Shown in pieces: positions 39,826 through 52,451 of a DNA stretch of 64,000 bases. The translations under genes were made by a program, and so were the position numbers. Position 1 is the first letter of the stretch. Each line of letters starts with the position of its first letter. The notes below the pieces were generated by a model, which saw nothing but the letters and a program-made list of their open reading frames with translations, did no database searches and was not told where the DNA came from. Source of the stretch: Glaucostegus cemiculus (lineage: Eukaryota); the NCBI GenBank assembly GCA_976551045.1, contig CDPCPM010000020.1, forward strand, positions 248,001-312,000, given 5' to 3'.

Positions 39826-40721
39826 GTAGGCTGTCAAATTCAGAAGACTGTTGCTTGATGAAGCAGGTCAGACAGATTCATCCTGTGTTGAGCTCCACAG
39901 GTTTATTATATCTCTGCTTGATTACTCTTCGAATGCGCTGAAAAATGTTTGTCTCATGATCAACTTACTCTTGGCTTTCTTAATATTTTATCTGCCAATT
40001 ATTTTTCTTTAAATGCAATTTGTGCTGGAATTGCTTTTGTTAGTAGTATTCTGTCTTCGCCCATGGGTTGAGAGTTTTCTGTCAATTAGCAAATGTTCAA
40101 AGCTCGCAACTGATCAGGTATTTAAATATCTGTTCATTGTTGTGAACCAGACTCATTCAAAAATCGAGCAAGAGGTAGAATGCGTAATTATAGGCCAGTC
40201 AGCCTAACATGTGGTGGATGTGTTATTGAAGGAAATTTTGAGGAAGAGTCCAAATCACTTTCAGTCAGCATAGATTTATTAAAGAAAGTCATGCCTGACT
40301 AACTTCAATTTTTTTGTGCAGCAGTAGAAGTATTTAATGCAGTTGAGATGGTCTGCATGGATTATAGCAATCAGTTTGATAAAGTTCCACAGGCTGATGA
40401 GGAAAGTGGCATTGGATTTTAAAAAATGGCTGTGGCAATTGAGATGCTTAGAAAGGATAAATAGGAAGGACCAATTTCCCTTGGTACATAACTTTAAAAA
40501 AAAATTAGGACTAATAATTTCTTAATCATGATTACTATAGTTAAGGTGATTGATAGGAGGTTTAGAGAGAATTTTAAAGTTTTCTTTCACCCCCACACAC
40601 GGTGGTGGGGTGAGGTCCTGCTCTTCTAAACAAAAATGGTCATGGCAGAAAGCTTCATTGCAGTTATAAAGTGTAGGGGTGCACTTAATGTGTCAGAGCT
40701 GACAGACTGGGTGCTGGGAAG

Positions 40722-41080
40722 TGGGGCACCACAATGGCATGTCTAGTAGAACCACTGATTCACAGCTTCAGTGACCCAGGTTTGATCCTGACCTTGGGCA
40801 CTGTCAGTGTGGAATTTGCATTTTCTCCCTGTGACTGAATGGATTTCCTTTGGGTGCTCCAGTTTCCTCCCACATCCCAAAGACATACAGGTTGGTAGGT
40901 TAATTGGCTGCTGTAAATTGCCCCCAATGTGTCGGTGAGTGGTAGAATCTGGGGGAAGTTGATGGGAATGTGGGGAAAATAAAATGGGATTAGCAGAGTT
41001 TTAGTGTAAGTGGGTGTTTGATGGTTGGCATGGACTTGGTGGCCCAAAGGGCCTGTTTCCATGCTGAATGAATCTATGGT
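40722..41080 (+). mobile_element. tRNA-derived V-SINE (HE1-like), full length
   Basis: B-box-like GGTTTGATCCT, V-domain GGGTGCTCCAGTTTCCTCCCACATCCCAAAGAC and a CR1-like tail GGGCCTGTTTCCATGCTG. Confidence 0.82.
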
Positions 41081-42973
41081 CTAAAGAGGTTTTTTTTTTG
41101 TCTGTCATTGATGTGAAGAACTAGTTGGTTTCCAGTAATCTTAAATTTTGATTCTGTGCTTTTTTTATCCTCTCTGGATAGTTTGCTGGCAAACTGACAC
41201 GAAAATACCTTCCTATATCTCTCATTTATCATCATGCTTTGTCCAGTTGTGTCTGATGAGAGGGGTTTTCCTTAGCATTCTTGATATTCCCTTCTTGCAA
41301 CTTCAATCTCTCAGGGTTTTGCACTTGATTTATGGTATTTACAATACTTAAATAAAAAGTAACTTTGTCCTGATAGGTCTGGGTTTAGTCCAACAGTCAT
41401 CTTCACCATGCAGGACCCTACCAATTAGAACATCCTGATGATCCCTTGACTGAACTAAATTGCAATCCATTAAATGTGAGTACTTTGATTTTTGAATGCA
41501 CCATTATGTTTATCTTTCTCCCCAAGTACATTGCTGATAAATTAGACCATATTTAGCTTATTTACTGAAGCAAAAAAAAGGCTGCTAGAGGTGACTGTCC
41601 CAACACAATGTGTACCTTGGTCAGATCTTGTGTTGAAATCTCCCATAAGGATAATTTTGATCATTGAGAGTGGAAGTTTCCCTTAACTTCATCTTTGTAT
41701 TAATCACAGCCATGACAAGATTTTGAGTGAAATATAGAGTCAAGCCACTTTTGTTTACACTGCCATGCTTTGTGCTGAATGAATAGCCAACAAAGACTTG
41801 CACCAAGCACTTGGTGATCATTGGCTGATTTGCCCTTCCAAGAGAAGATATACATAGTGTCATATTTTTTTTTTGTCAGAGAGTCTTGACTTGTTGATTA
41901 GGCAATATTAGTGCTGTATCTGGATAGTTTTCTGAAAATAAGAGCAGTTTCTCTCAACTCCACAGGAGATCTGATCTCCTGGATCATGACAGTCAAGGGT
42001 ATGAACTTGTTTTGACTGTTGGTATGAATAGTCTGGCAGGCTACAGATTTTAGGCAAGCTGTTTATAGAGCATCTTTCTGAACTCTCTGCTTATTCGTGA
42101 TGAGCAGAAAAGGTCCTGAACAGGTTTACTAATTTACATGAGTTGTCAGGTTGCACTGTGGCCTTTAAATGTCAGCACAACCAGTGGCTCATTCTGTGCA
42201 TGACTCCAGCAATCACCCCTTCTTTTTCATTGCCATTTACTTACCCGTGCCACAGGATATTGAGAAAGAGGGGAAAAAGACCAAAGGCAAAAAAAAAAGT
42301 TAGAAACGTCTTTGTGCAGTATTTTTGCAGAGAACATGGTGGGCAACCACAATCTCACTTAGGATGGATTGGATCCACAGAGATCCCCACTCTCAAGAAC
42401 ATCCTCAAATCCATGGACAGGTCCTTTGCCCACCACGCCCTAAAAGAGCTTTCCTCTCATGTCATGGAGCAAAAAAGAAAACATTTTTGCTCATGCAATC
42501 TATGATGTCTCTTTGAAAGAAGTATCCAATTAATCGTGCTCCCCTACTCTTTCCCCATATCCCTGCAATGGTTTCATTTTAAAATAGGCATCCAATGGAT
42601 TTCAATTGAATCTGTTTTCATCATATTTTCCAGTTGTGTATTCAAGATCATGGGTATCAGTATTTAAACTAATTTTTCTACAAGGCTTCGTGGATGCTTT
42701 GTTTTCAATCCAATGAAAGTCTAACACTATTTACAGATGCAACTCAAAAGTAAAATATTATGACATAATAGACTGGTAATAAGAATAATTCACCTTAAAA
42801 TTATGAGGAGAGACTTGTGCAGAATTAGGCTTTCACTAGATCACATTAGATCAATCGACTTACTTTGTATCTGCAACCAGGAATATTTTGGTGCGCGAGT
42901 TTCATCCTTGCATTTAAATTGGCACTGTTAGTAATTATTTCAGTTCACAGTAGATGAACTGTGAAAACAAATA

Positions 42974-43240
42974 CAGACCTCCCCGGGTAACAAGCAGACA
43001 TCCATAATTCACAAAAATCACTCTGTTAACCGTACTTCCATGGTATTGTAATGAATGACATCGAAAGTACATAAGACTGATAAGAAAGAATAAATACTAA
43101 AAGTGGAGAGAGAGGAAACTAGTTCTGCTTTACATAGGAACAAACGTATGTTTGTTGGACTTTTGAATTTAATATTATGGGAGCTCATTTGTATATGTAG
43201 GTGTCCATAAGTCGGGTGTTCGTAACCTGGGAACTGCATG
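42974..43240. mobile_element. Tc1/mariner (Tigger-like) MITE with TA target duplication
   Basis: TA|CAGACCTCCCCGGGTAAC ... GTAACCTGGGAACTGCATG|TA imperfect terminal inverted repeats. Confidence 0.6.
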
Positions 43241-43940
43241 TAACAATGATGACTAAATGGAACAGCAAAATAGATATTTGAGTGCATTGTTAAAAGATTA
43301 ATTGAATCTGATAATGAACATTTCTTCCCTCAGTACCACCAAAGGGAGAATAACACATCATTTATTATGCAGCTTCTGGCTTCTTGCTGTATGCAAAAGA
43401 TTACTGTTGTTTTCATATGTAGGTGTTAATAGTTTACGTGTGAAAATAACTGGTATGTTTGAGGAAAATGAAAAAACATTGTATAAATGTTATTTTAATT
43501 TTGTGTGGAAGAATGCTAGGTTGCAAGTCAAAGTGTTGTTTTGTGTTTTTTATCATGGGCATTTCCCAATAAAATTTATATTACAATAATATGCAGGAAT
43601 CCTTGCATACAAATTTACTAAATATAACTAAGTTGAGCTGGCAAGAGTGTTAACTTTTGCAAATTAGTATCGCAGCACGTGCTGTTCTTTATGCAGACAT
43701 AAATCTTTCCACACCCTAAATCATGAGACCATGGATATGCTTATTAACTTCATCCTTTTGGAAGAAGGTATATGAAGATGATAGTTGGCTTTGCCCAGTA
43801 GGCAATCTTCATTATTTGTGTATGCTCCATTCATCCATGTAGGAAAATATTTGATGGTGGAAGGGGAGATAATTTTCTGGTTATTGAAAAGCAAAAAATC
43901 TGAAGATGCTAAATTTCTTGGAATTAATATTTTAAAAAAT

Positions 43941-44122
43941 TGCTGGGGATACACAACAGGTCAAGCAGCATCTGCAGAGAGAGCAAAATGGAGTTAATTT
44001 TTCAGGCCAGTGACTCTTCATCAGAACTGGGGAAAGCCAGTTCTGATAAAGGGCCATTGACCTGAAGCATTGACTCTTTTTCTCTCCACAGATGCTGCTT
44101 GACCTGGGGAGTATCCCTTGCA
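43941..44122. repeat. Palindromic Penelope-derived short element (two ~90-bp inverted arms)
   Basis: CAGGTCAAGCAGCATCTG...TCAGAACTGG-ggaaag-CCAGTTCTGA...CAGATGCTGCTTGACCTG. The same family occurs near 430, 2390, 13640, 32410, 50610, 50840 and 58985. Confidence 0.85.
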
Positions 44123-45146
44123 TTTTCTATTTTTACTAAACATTCTGGCTAACTGGCTTCAGATTTGAATGAATGGGTGCAGTTGTACAAGTTTTAAGGT
44201 TTTATACAATGTGGAAGTAAGAAAACCTGCAGCATCACCTATCTGCAACACCTGGACAACATTTTCATGTGATTGCCCAGCATGTGGTTTCCTCAAACTA
44301 TCAAGTTAGGCTTTACTCCTACAGTATGTGAAGGATGAATACCAGTGGAATAATGAAGATGATCCTACCAGGTAGGTAGTTTACTTTGACCACCTCCTTT
44401 CTCTCTTTTGTCCTGGTATGTCTCGGTTCTTATCAGATATATTTGGAATCTAATCATATAAGCAGCGTTTTATCTCGGTTGTAGGGCAGTTACATGTGTT
44501 TTCACATATTGACAATAGGAAATTAATGAGAACTGTCTACTATGTGATATGGACATGTTGACCCATATTTTAACTTGGTGTGTTGCATAGTTTGAAAAGA
44601 TTTTGAATATCAGCCAACTTTGTATTTAAATTTGCTTGATGGCTCCAGGATTAATGCCTGGAGAGGGAAATAGGATCTCTGATGTAATTTGCCGAAGACA
44701 CATCCAGTGGATACATAATTTGAGCAGATTATACAAAGCCTTGCAAATCTACTTTTCACCTGCACAAGTTGAAACTTGGGCTGAGGTCATCCTAACCCAG
44801 TTATCATTGTATTCCCTTTTTAAAATCCAAATTATGCAAAACGCCAAGTTTCACAATGAAACAACTACAACTCTGTTCTCTTCACCCCCATCATCTGCTA
44901 TTTGTTTGGAGAGCTTTTGACTGATTTAGTTAGTACTGTGTGTTTAAAACCGCTAGCCGCTTCTCGTGAAGGTTTCAATTCTAAAATTTTCCACAATATT
45001 AGCTATTGTTTGGAAAGGTTTACTAATGAATAAAAGGGATAGTGGTATAAAAGATGTATGAGTATTTTTGAAATTAAAATGCTTCTAAGAAAAGTTTTAA
45101 GGAACCTACATTTTGAACGGTTTTACCAGAATCTCTTTCTTTGTAG

Positions 45147-45270
45147 ATTTGGATAAATTTGCAGCCGATGATATCATGGATCCCATTGCCAAAGCAAAAA
45201 TGGTGGCATTGAAGGGAATTAAAAAGGTCATGGCACAAGGGAACATCACTGTAGCACCAGGGATGAATAG
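45147..45270 (+). CDS. KMT2D: KMT2D coding exon (DLDKFAADDIMDPIAKAKMVALKGIKKVMAQGNITVAPGMNR), 124 nt
   Basis: TTTGTAG acceptor and TAG|GTAGGT donor. Highly conserved KMT2C/D peptide, missed by the ORF track. Confidence 0.96.
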
Positions 45271-45465
45271 GTAGGTTTTCGTTGATTCTGTACAAAATAA
45301 TAAAGAACAGGATTAGGCAGGATTAATACAAATGATGAAAATATTTTATATAATCCAGAATTAAATTTGTTTCAGTGAAAAATGGGTTTCATCTTGAAGA
45401 ATTTTGAATTTTAAGAAATCCCTTGGCAGATGTTCATGATTAATCAATTTTTTATGGTTGTTCAG

Positions 45466-45553
45466 GCAGCAGGTTTCATTACTAGCACAGAGGTTGGCTG
45501 GAGCTTCAGGAACAAATGAGGCGCAAACTAAATTGCCACCTGGAAACAGTCAG
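45466..45553 (+). CDS. KMT2D: KMT2D coding exon (QQVSLLAQRLAGASG...GNSQ), 88 nt
   Basis: GTTCAG acceptor and CAG|GTATGT donor. Matches KMT2D QQVSLLAQRLSG. Confidence 0.93.
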
Positions 45554-48500
45554 GTATGTCAGACTCTTAAAAATTCTCTCAAGTCCATCTTCTGATGCTT
45601 TTAGTAGTCATATATTAGGTACAGAAAAAGAGTAAGCAATAAAACAAAAGGAGACTAATAAAATAAGAAAATAGGTGGGATAGGCACAAGAACATGTGGT
45701 GCCATCTATTTACGACTCTGAATTCACGTTTTTATTGTTCACATTTTTTTCAACAACGCAGAGCAATGAGTCATCAAAGAATTGTCATCCTCCTAAAGGT
45801 GTTTTAGGGAGTATTGGTAGGAGGTTGGTGGAGAGATGATGGGATGATGAAGGATAAAAAATGAATTGCATTTCCTTCATCCAAAACTTGATATTTATGC
45901 TTTTATTCCTTTGGGTTCCTTTATCCCCAGCAATCACATTACCCTCACTCACTGCCTTTCCCTCAGCTAAGGTACTATATTGGAAGAAGATTTCAGGGTG
46001 AATCATTCCAGGGCACATAGGAATTGCCAGTGGCCACTTTACCAAATAAGTATTGCTAAAGCTCCAACATCTGAAAGCACATTGCTTCAGTGTTTTAACA
46101 AAACTTGACATCATTCCACGTGCATGCTGTAAAATAGCCATGCGTTTCAATTGTATAACTTGATTTAGTCCTGAATATGTTTACATGTTAAAATGTATAA
46201 AAGGATTTAATATTTCCTTTTCCATTCCTTGCCTTGTGTTCAGTACTTCACTTGATTTTTGTTTATTTCCCAATTGAAAAATTCAGTATTACTTTGAGGA
46301 TAAGATTTGTGGATAAATGAAACAATGCTTGTCCTAACTCTGACCACCAAATGTATCTTTAGATTCTGCTTTTCACTGTTGATTAAACCAGGTTTGGTTA
46401 TTTGTATGCCTATATATTAAATATTATTGCTTCCTCCTTGATCTAAAAGTTGAATTTGGGGAATGCTTCCCTGAGCCATGTTCTATAAACTGTCAATTTG
46501 GAGCCAAGAAGTGGGATCTGAGATTCCATAGTTGTATGAAAGTATTTGGAATGGAGAAACCAATGTATGTTGGTGAAGTGGGGGGGAGGGTTGGGAAACA
46601 TGTTTATTAAAGGATCCAGTTGGAAAGCCAAGAAGGAACTGGATAAAAATTCAGCAACAGCAAAGGGGACTTTACCCAATTTTTTGCGCTTAGTTCAGTA
46701 TTAAGCTTTATATTCAGTTTGTGTGGTAGAAACATAGAGCAAGAATTAGAAGTGAAGGAAGAAGGAAAGGTTGGAGGTGGAAATGTATGGATGGGTGGAC
46801 TAGAGCTGTGAGTTAAACAAAAAATAAAATCCTCACAAATAAATGAAATTTTAGGGTTCAGGAGCTTGACACAAGACTACAAGTATAAACTCCACTTTAG
46901 TTGGAGTAAATTTAATACCAGATGTTAGCTTGGTTAGTAATTTCCATTTTTGTTCAAAGTAAATGTCACTGGTGAGGAATGGAATATTTTCCCACTTTTG
47001 GGTTGCAGATTTACCATTAAGCTCTCCACAGGGCAAATGTAGACAAATACTTCCTTCCATCTTGTACCCAACAATGTCACTTAATAGCCATTCTTGTAGC
47101 CTTTAAATTATATTATTGATTTGCATTAAATCAGGGACACTAATCTTTTAGTAATGTTGCCCAAATTAATTTATTAATCTTAGTTGAGAGGAAATTATTT
47201 CCCTTCAGTTTGGCTCAAACTCATTTCTCTGATGAAGCTGCTGTGTCTTTCAAGTGGTTCCCCTTTTTCACTGAGAAAAGTAATGTAGCCATTTCCTTAA
47301 ACTGAAGTTTATATTAAGATTGATAAACATGGAAACAATAAAGAATTACCTAGAAATCTTTTTGACCCACTGGTAGTATTACACAAAATAAACATTTTGA
47401 AGATTTCACCTATCTGAAGATTTATTAAGTGTCCACCTTTTAAATTAATCAAGTTCTGCCAAATTTGTGAGGCCCAAGTCAGTAATGGCTGCAGTTGGAT
47501 TAGTTTCATTTATCTAAAGTACCCAGCCACTTTAAAGCTTGGACACCAGAGCTGTTATGTGTTGGTCACTTGCCTCCAGAGCTAGATGCTTATAGCCACT
47601 TCAAAAATTATGTTTACAACATCTTTAGCTGTGACTTGTTTGCAGAGTGTTTTGTTCACCACTTTGTACTATTTTATTTATGTCTGAATTCTGACATATT
47701 TTGCCATTCCCAGATACATGGGGCCCAGTAGTGGGTACTTTGGCAGCTTCCAGCCTCCATTTTCTCTATACGTTCTCTAACTTCTAGTAAATTGCCCCAC
47801 AATCCAGTCCTTAACAGGATTCCTTTCCCGTAGACTTCCCCAGTCCAGCCTACTGTACTGGTGCATACACAGTGTGCATTCGGTTATTTAGTGTTTTGTG
47901 CTTTCTGCTCTCTGAGGCACTATTCTCGTTTGCTCTTTCTGTCTTTGTTTTTTGGTGTTGCCAAAGCCATGGCAATCCTGAACTCTTTCTAGGCTAGACT
48001 GAGTTCAGGACCTCACAAAGGATTCCAAGACTCCAATTCTCTTGAGCCATAAACCTTTGTTGTTCAAGTGTTTAGCCATTGTTTCATTACCTGTCAGTCC
48101 GTGGCCCATCTGCTCCTTTTCACAATCCAAACTCCGCACCTTGTCTGCTTCTAGCCATGATGCATGCCTGTCCCAACTTCCCAATCCAAATTCCTTCTGG
48201 CCTGACGTCCATTGCTCCACTTTTTCTCTCAATAACCTTCTCCCAAACACTCTTCCCTTTCTCATTTCTGTCCTCCTCTGTTGCTTTCCACTGTCCTCTA
48301 TACCCTGGACCTCTTTATAAGAAAGATGGATATTGAATACATAATTTGAGGTATCATACAGAGCAGAGACTATACCCACCGCTTCAGTCTCATTCTTACT
48401 GCTAAGAGTTGTATAGTGTTAAAGCAAAAGTATGTTGCAGCCAAAGTGGGGAGGGGGAACAAAGGGACAAAAGATAAAAATGGTGTTAAACAGAAATAAT

Positions 48501-48647
48501 TAGATTGGAGAGTAACCAAGCAGTGCAAAAGAACAATCCTTAATGTGGGGATATAATGACATTATTTTTGAATCTACATTTGAATGTGTGTCAACTGGTT
48601 TTGCACCAGTCCAAATCCACTAATGATTAGATTTTCCATTTTCTCAG

Positions 48648-48714
48648 CAGGAAACTAATAGTGAACAGGTGCAGACTCGGCCAAATCCACCAACCTTTGT
48701 CCAAGGGTTTATAA
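48648..48714 (+). CDS. KMT2D: KMT2D coding exon ((Q)ETNSEQVQTRPNPPTFVQGFI), 67 or 64 nt
   Basis: TTCTCAGCAG tandem acceptor and TAA|GTAAGT donor. Matches KMT2D RPNPPTFAQGVI. Confidence 0.92.
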
Positions 48715-51307
48715 GTAAGTTTTTGGCTTTATTATTGAACTGAGTGGTTTGAAATGTTGCTGTTTGGAGCTTTTTAAAAAAGAATCTATTGAGTGTTAAT
48801 ATAACACTGTCAAACTAAGTGTTAATTTGAAAAACAGCAACTTAGAAGAATGAGAAGGTCATATTTAAGCAGCTGACTTGTCATATCTTTGCAGTCTTCT
48901 GCAGTTTTTTGAATTTGCAGTAGGCCAATGGTGATGGTAATTGTGGCACATTCCTTTGAAATCTTAAAATTAGTTTTCTCTGGTTTCAGGTTTATCATGT
49001 CAAAAACTTGTATCGTAATTTTAGCAGGATTCCAAAAGGTGTTATTTGCAAAGTGGCAGGAGATGCCTCACAGAAACTGTGTGAATTGCTGCATATTCCG
49101 TACAAAATGTTTTCATTCACGTAAATCTAAATCGCCAGCCCCAAGCTTTCAAAATAAAACTGCAGACTCCCCACACTTTGTCCTGCATCCTGCAGAAGGA
49201 AAAGATATTACAGTCTCTGCTGCTGTTAGATGAATATTTTACCTGCACAGAAATTCTTGTAATTGTTACAGCTGTGGAAGCAGAATCAACCTGACAATTT
49301 GTGTTCCAAGCAGTTTCTTTCATCTTTGTATCACCTAAGTGATAATCGTAGGAGACAAGAGGATTAGGCTTTGTTCAAACACACATATTTGCCCAACATT
49401 TCTTGATTTAAGTTGACAATCAGATTCAAACTCAACAGGAACATGCCTGTAGCTGCATACGTCATACACTATACTTTCAGGTACACTGAACATTTTCTTA
49501 AACCATTTTCATACGTATATTTTCAAGGTGGGGACAAAATATCCAACGACCAAAATTGTAACTAGCTTTTAAAACTGCCTGTGTGTTGTGATTGGATTTA
49601 ATTGGGCAGCCACCAAGTGAAATTAGATAAATCTTAAATTTGTTGTCATGGATTCCTCCCCACGGCTGTGTGAATTGTATCTTTTTTAATATAGGCAAGT
49701 CAGCAATGTTAAAACTTTGAGACTTCATTCATAAAAGTGCCACTGTAACAGCCTTAAGCTGAAATACTCCACAGACTTGCAATGGGTTGATTGACCTAAT
49801 CAATTAGAAAATGTTGATTTTTATGGCATGATTCTCTGTTTCTTATCCACTATTTCAATTTGGAGGGGTTTAAGTTGGGTGTTGTTTTTAATGAGAAAAG
49901 CCTGCAAATTTCATGCAAAGCTGTAATTTCTGCTTGCTAGAATTTACTGAGAGTTGTCAACTGTCATTTATTCAGTGAATCATTCCCTCCTGGGGTGAAT
50001 GTGGTGTCTCAGTTTAACTTGTTTGGATTGTCATTTTAGTGATAAAATTCAGTTTTGATTGTGGTAACATTTAAATCTCGGGGAAACTAGACTAGTAGGA
50101 ATTGCAGTGAAATTCACTTTGATCTAGAACAAAATTCCCAGTTATAAAGGTTCACGAATCTTAAATTTCCAAGTGTCAGTTGACACATTGTGGCATATTG
50201 CCTTTGACGTGAACTGGGTTCATGACTACTACCAGGGAATGGAATGACAGCCTCCTCTCTTCTGAATCCTTTGTGGAGAGTCTCATCTCAGTTGTTGGGG
50301 GGTGGAGGCAGGGGGGAACCCTACCTTTGCATGGGGTTCTGCTGTGGAAAATGGAAAAACGACATGTTAGCACAGTTAGTGTTACTCTTCAAAGACTGAG
50401 GTTGGAGAAATGTGAACTTCATGAAAAATGCTGAAAATTCCTCCCACATGAATGATTGAAAAAATGGAGGGCTATGTGGGAGGGAAGGGTTAGATAGATA
50501 ATAAAGTAGGATAAAATGTCAGCACAATAACATGGGCTGAAGGGCCTGTACTGTGCTGTAATATTCTATGTTGTTCTTGGAGAATAAAGCAGAATCAATG
50601 AAGAGAGAAACAGATCTGATGAAGGGTCATTGTCCAGAAGTGTTACCTTTTTACTGTCCACATGCTGGGTGCCCCACTTGAATGTTACCAGCATCTTCGA
50701 TTTAAATTTCAAATTTGTAGGATTCAGATTTTTGTGAGCAACTGAGTTTGTGGGGCCTAGTAAAAGATTACCGCTAGAAGTAATATGCACCTATACCATA
50801 TGAAGATGGAAACAAAAATCGTAGACACAAGAGACCGCGGATCCTGGAATCTGGAGCAACAGACAATCTGCTGGAAGGACTCGGGTCAAGCAGCATCTAT
50901 GGGAGGAAAGGAATTGTCAAAATTTTGTCTGCTCTAGTCCTGATGCAAGGTTTCGACCTGAAGTATCCTGCATTCACAAGGATTTGCATATGTGTTTTGT
51001 TTAGAAAGCTCCTGGTCACATGCTGCGTTTTTTGACACTCATTTGTCAGCAGGGAAATGGCTGTATTCATGTATTTGCATAAAGGAAATGTTATTTTTGA
51101 GTCATTAATAATATTTTTATTCTTAGAAGCCAATCGCAAAAAAATCTAACAGAATGTAGTTTTTCTGTCCTTGTTAGGTGCTAAGTTTAACATCTTGTGC
51201 AGCCGATTTCAGGCAACTGTTAGTAAGGAAAATAGACACCGAGAGATTTTGTTTTGCGTGTTGTTTACAGTTGTTGCCAAATTATATATTTGTTTTTTGT
51301 GCTCTAG

Positions 51308-51540
51308 ATGAGGCAGAACATCGCCAATATGAAGAATGGCTGCTTCACACGCAACAGCTGCTTCAGATGCAGCTAAAGTTTTTAGAAGAGCAGATTGGTG
51401 TCCACAGGAAGTCCAGAAAAGCATTGTGTGCCAAACAACGGACAGCCAAGAAAGCGGGACGCGAGTTCCCTGAGGCAGATGCAGAGAAACTTAAGCGAGT
51501 TACAGAGCAACAAAGTAAAATCCAGAAACAACTTGATCAG
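51308..51540 (+). CDS. KMT2D: KMT2D coiled-coil exon (exon-38 equivalent), 233 nt
   Basis: EAEHRQYEEWLLHTQQLLQMQLKFLEEQIGVHRKSRKALCAKQRTAKKAGREFPEADAEKLKRVTEQQSKIQKQLDQ. CTCTAG acceptor and CAG|GTAGGG donor. Confidence 0.97.
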
Positions 51541-52090
51541 GTAGGGTTTAGAAGATGAGAGATTTCTGAACCAAGGTTGGCTTAGCCTAATATCTTCCCT
51601 TGTTTCCTTGATTTATCGATAGTTTCTATTAAGTAGTTATTGCATCCAGTGTTGTAGTGTGTTAACAGGCAAATGACAGCGATTGGTTCCATCTGTCTTC
51701 CTGTCCAATTCAGTGCTACGTTTCTGACGAGACAACTACATGTGTGCAAGGGCATGTTTGGATGCTATTGCTTTGCCTATTTGTTTTTATTTGAAACTCC
51801 CTCAGATTTATTTCCATGTATGGAACAAGCATTCATAGAAAAATGTACTTCACCCCTTTGTGAAATAAATTTTGTCTCAAGTTCCTTTATTGTTCTCTAA
51901 AGCAGTATGTGCGTAGCTGAAGTTCCATGCATGCAGAAACGTGTCTCCAAACTATCATTTTATTAAAATGAAAGTCGTTCTTAATAGAACTGATTCCCTA
52001 ATCAGGAAAAAAAATTGCCAGTATTTTGTAGAATGAGCTTCATCAATACTGAAGGTGAACTTGAATTTTTCCTTTCATGTTCTAGAAATA

Positions 52091-52315
52091 CAGGTAGTTG
52101 TGCTATAACGCGATCGTTACGTTTCTGAGAATCCCCGTGTTATAGAAAGTTGAGTTATAGCAGAGCAGGCTATGGTTGCTTTCAAAGTACAGAGTTGAAC
52201 ACATTTTCCCAGTCGCAATCCTACTACAATCACTGTGGCCCACAATGCAAATAGTGTTCCCTAATCCATCGATTGCATTATAACCAATGGAAGCGTGTTA
52301 TAGCAGAACTACCTG
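52091..52315. mobile_element. Tc1/mariner-superfamily MITE, 22-bp TIRs, TA target duplication
   Basis: TA|CAGGTAGTTGTGCTATAACGCG ... CGTGTTATAGCAGAACTACCTG|TA, with two mismatches between the TIRs. Confidence 0.88.
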
Positions 52316-52451
52316 TATTTAAATTTGGTTGGAAAATTAATTGGTTCCCTGAAATTAGTGTGTGCCAATTAAGTGGCTTCTTATAAAATTATCCTGATTT
52401 TATAACAACTCGTATCTCATTTTGTTTTTTTCTTCTAAAATTGTGTTTTAG

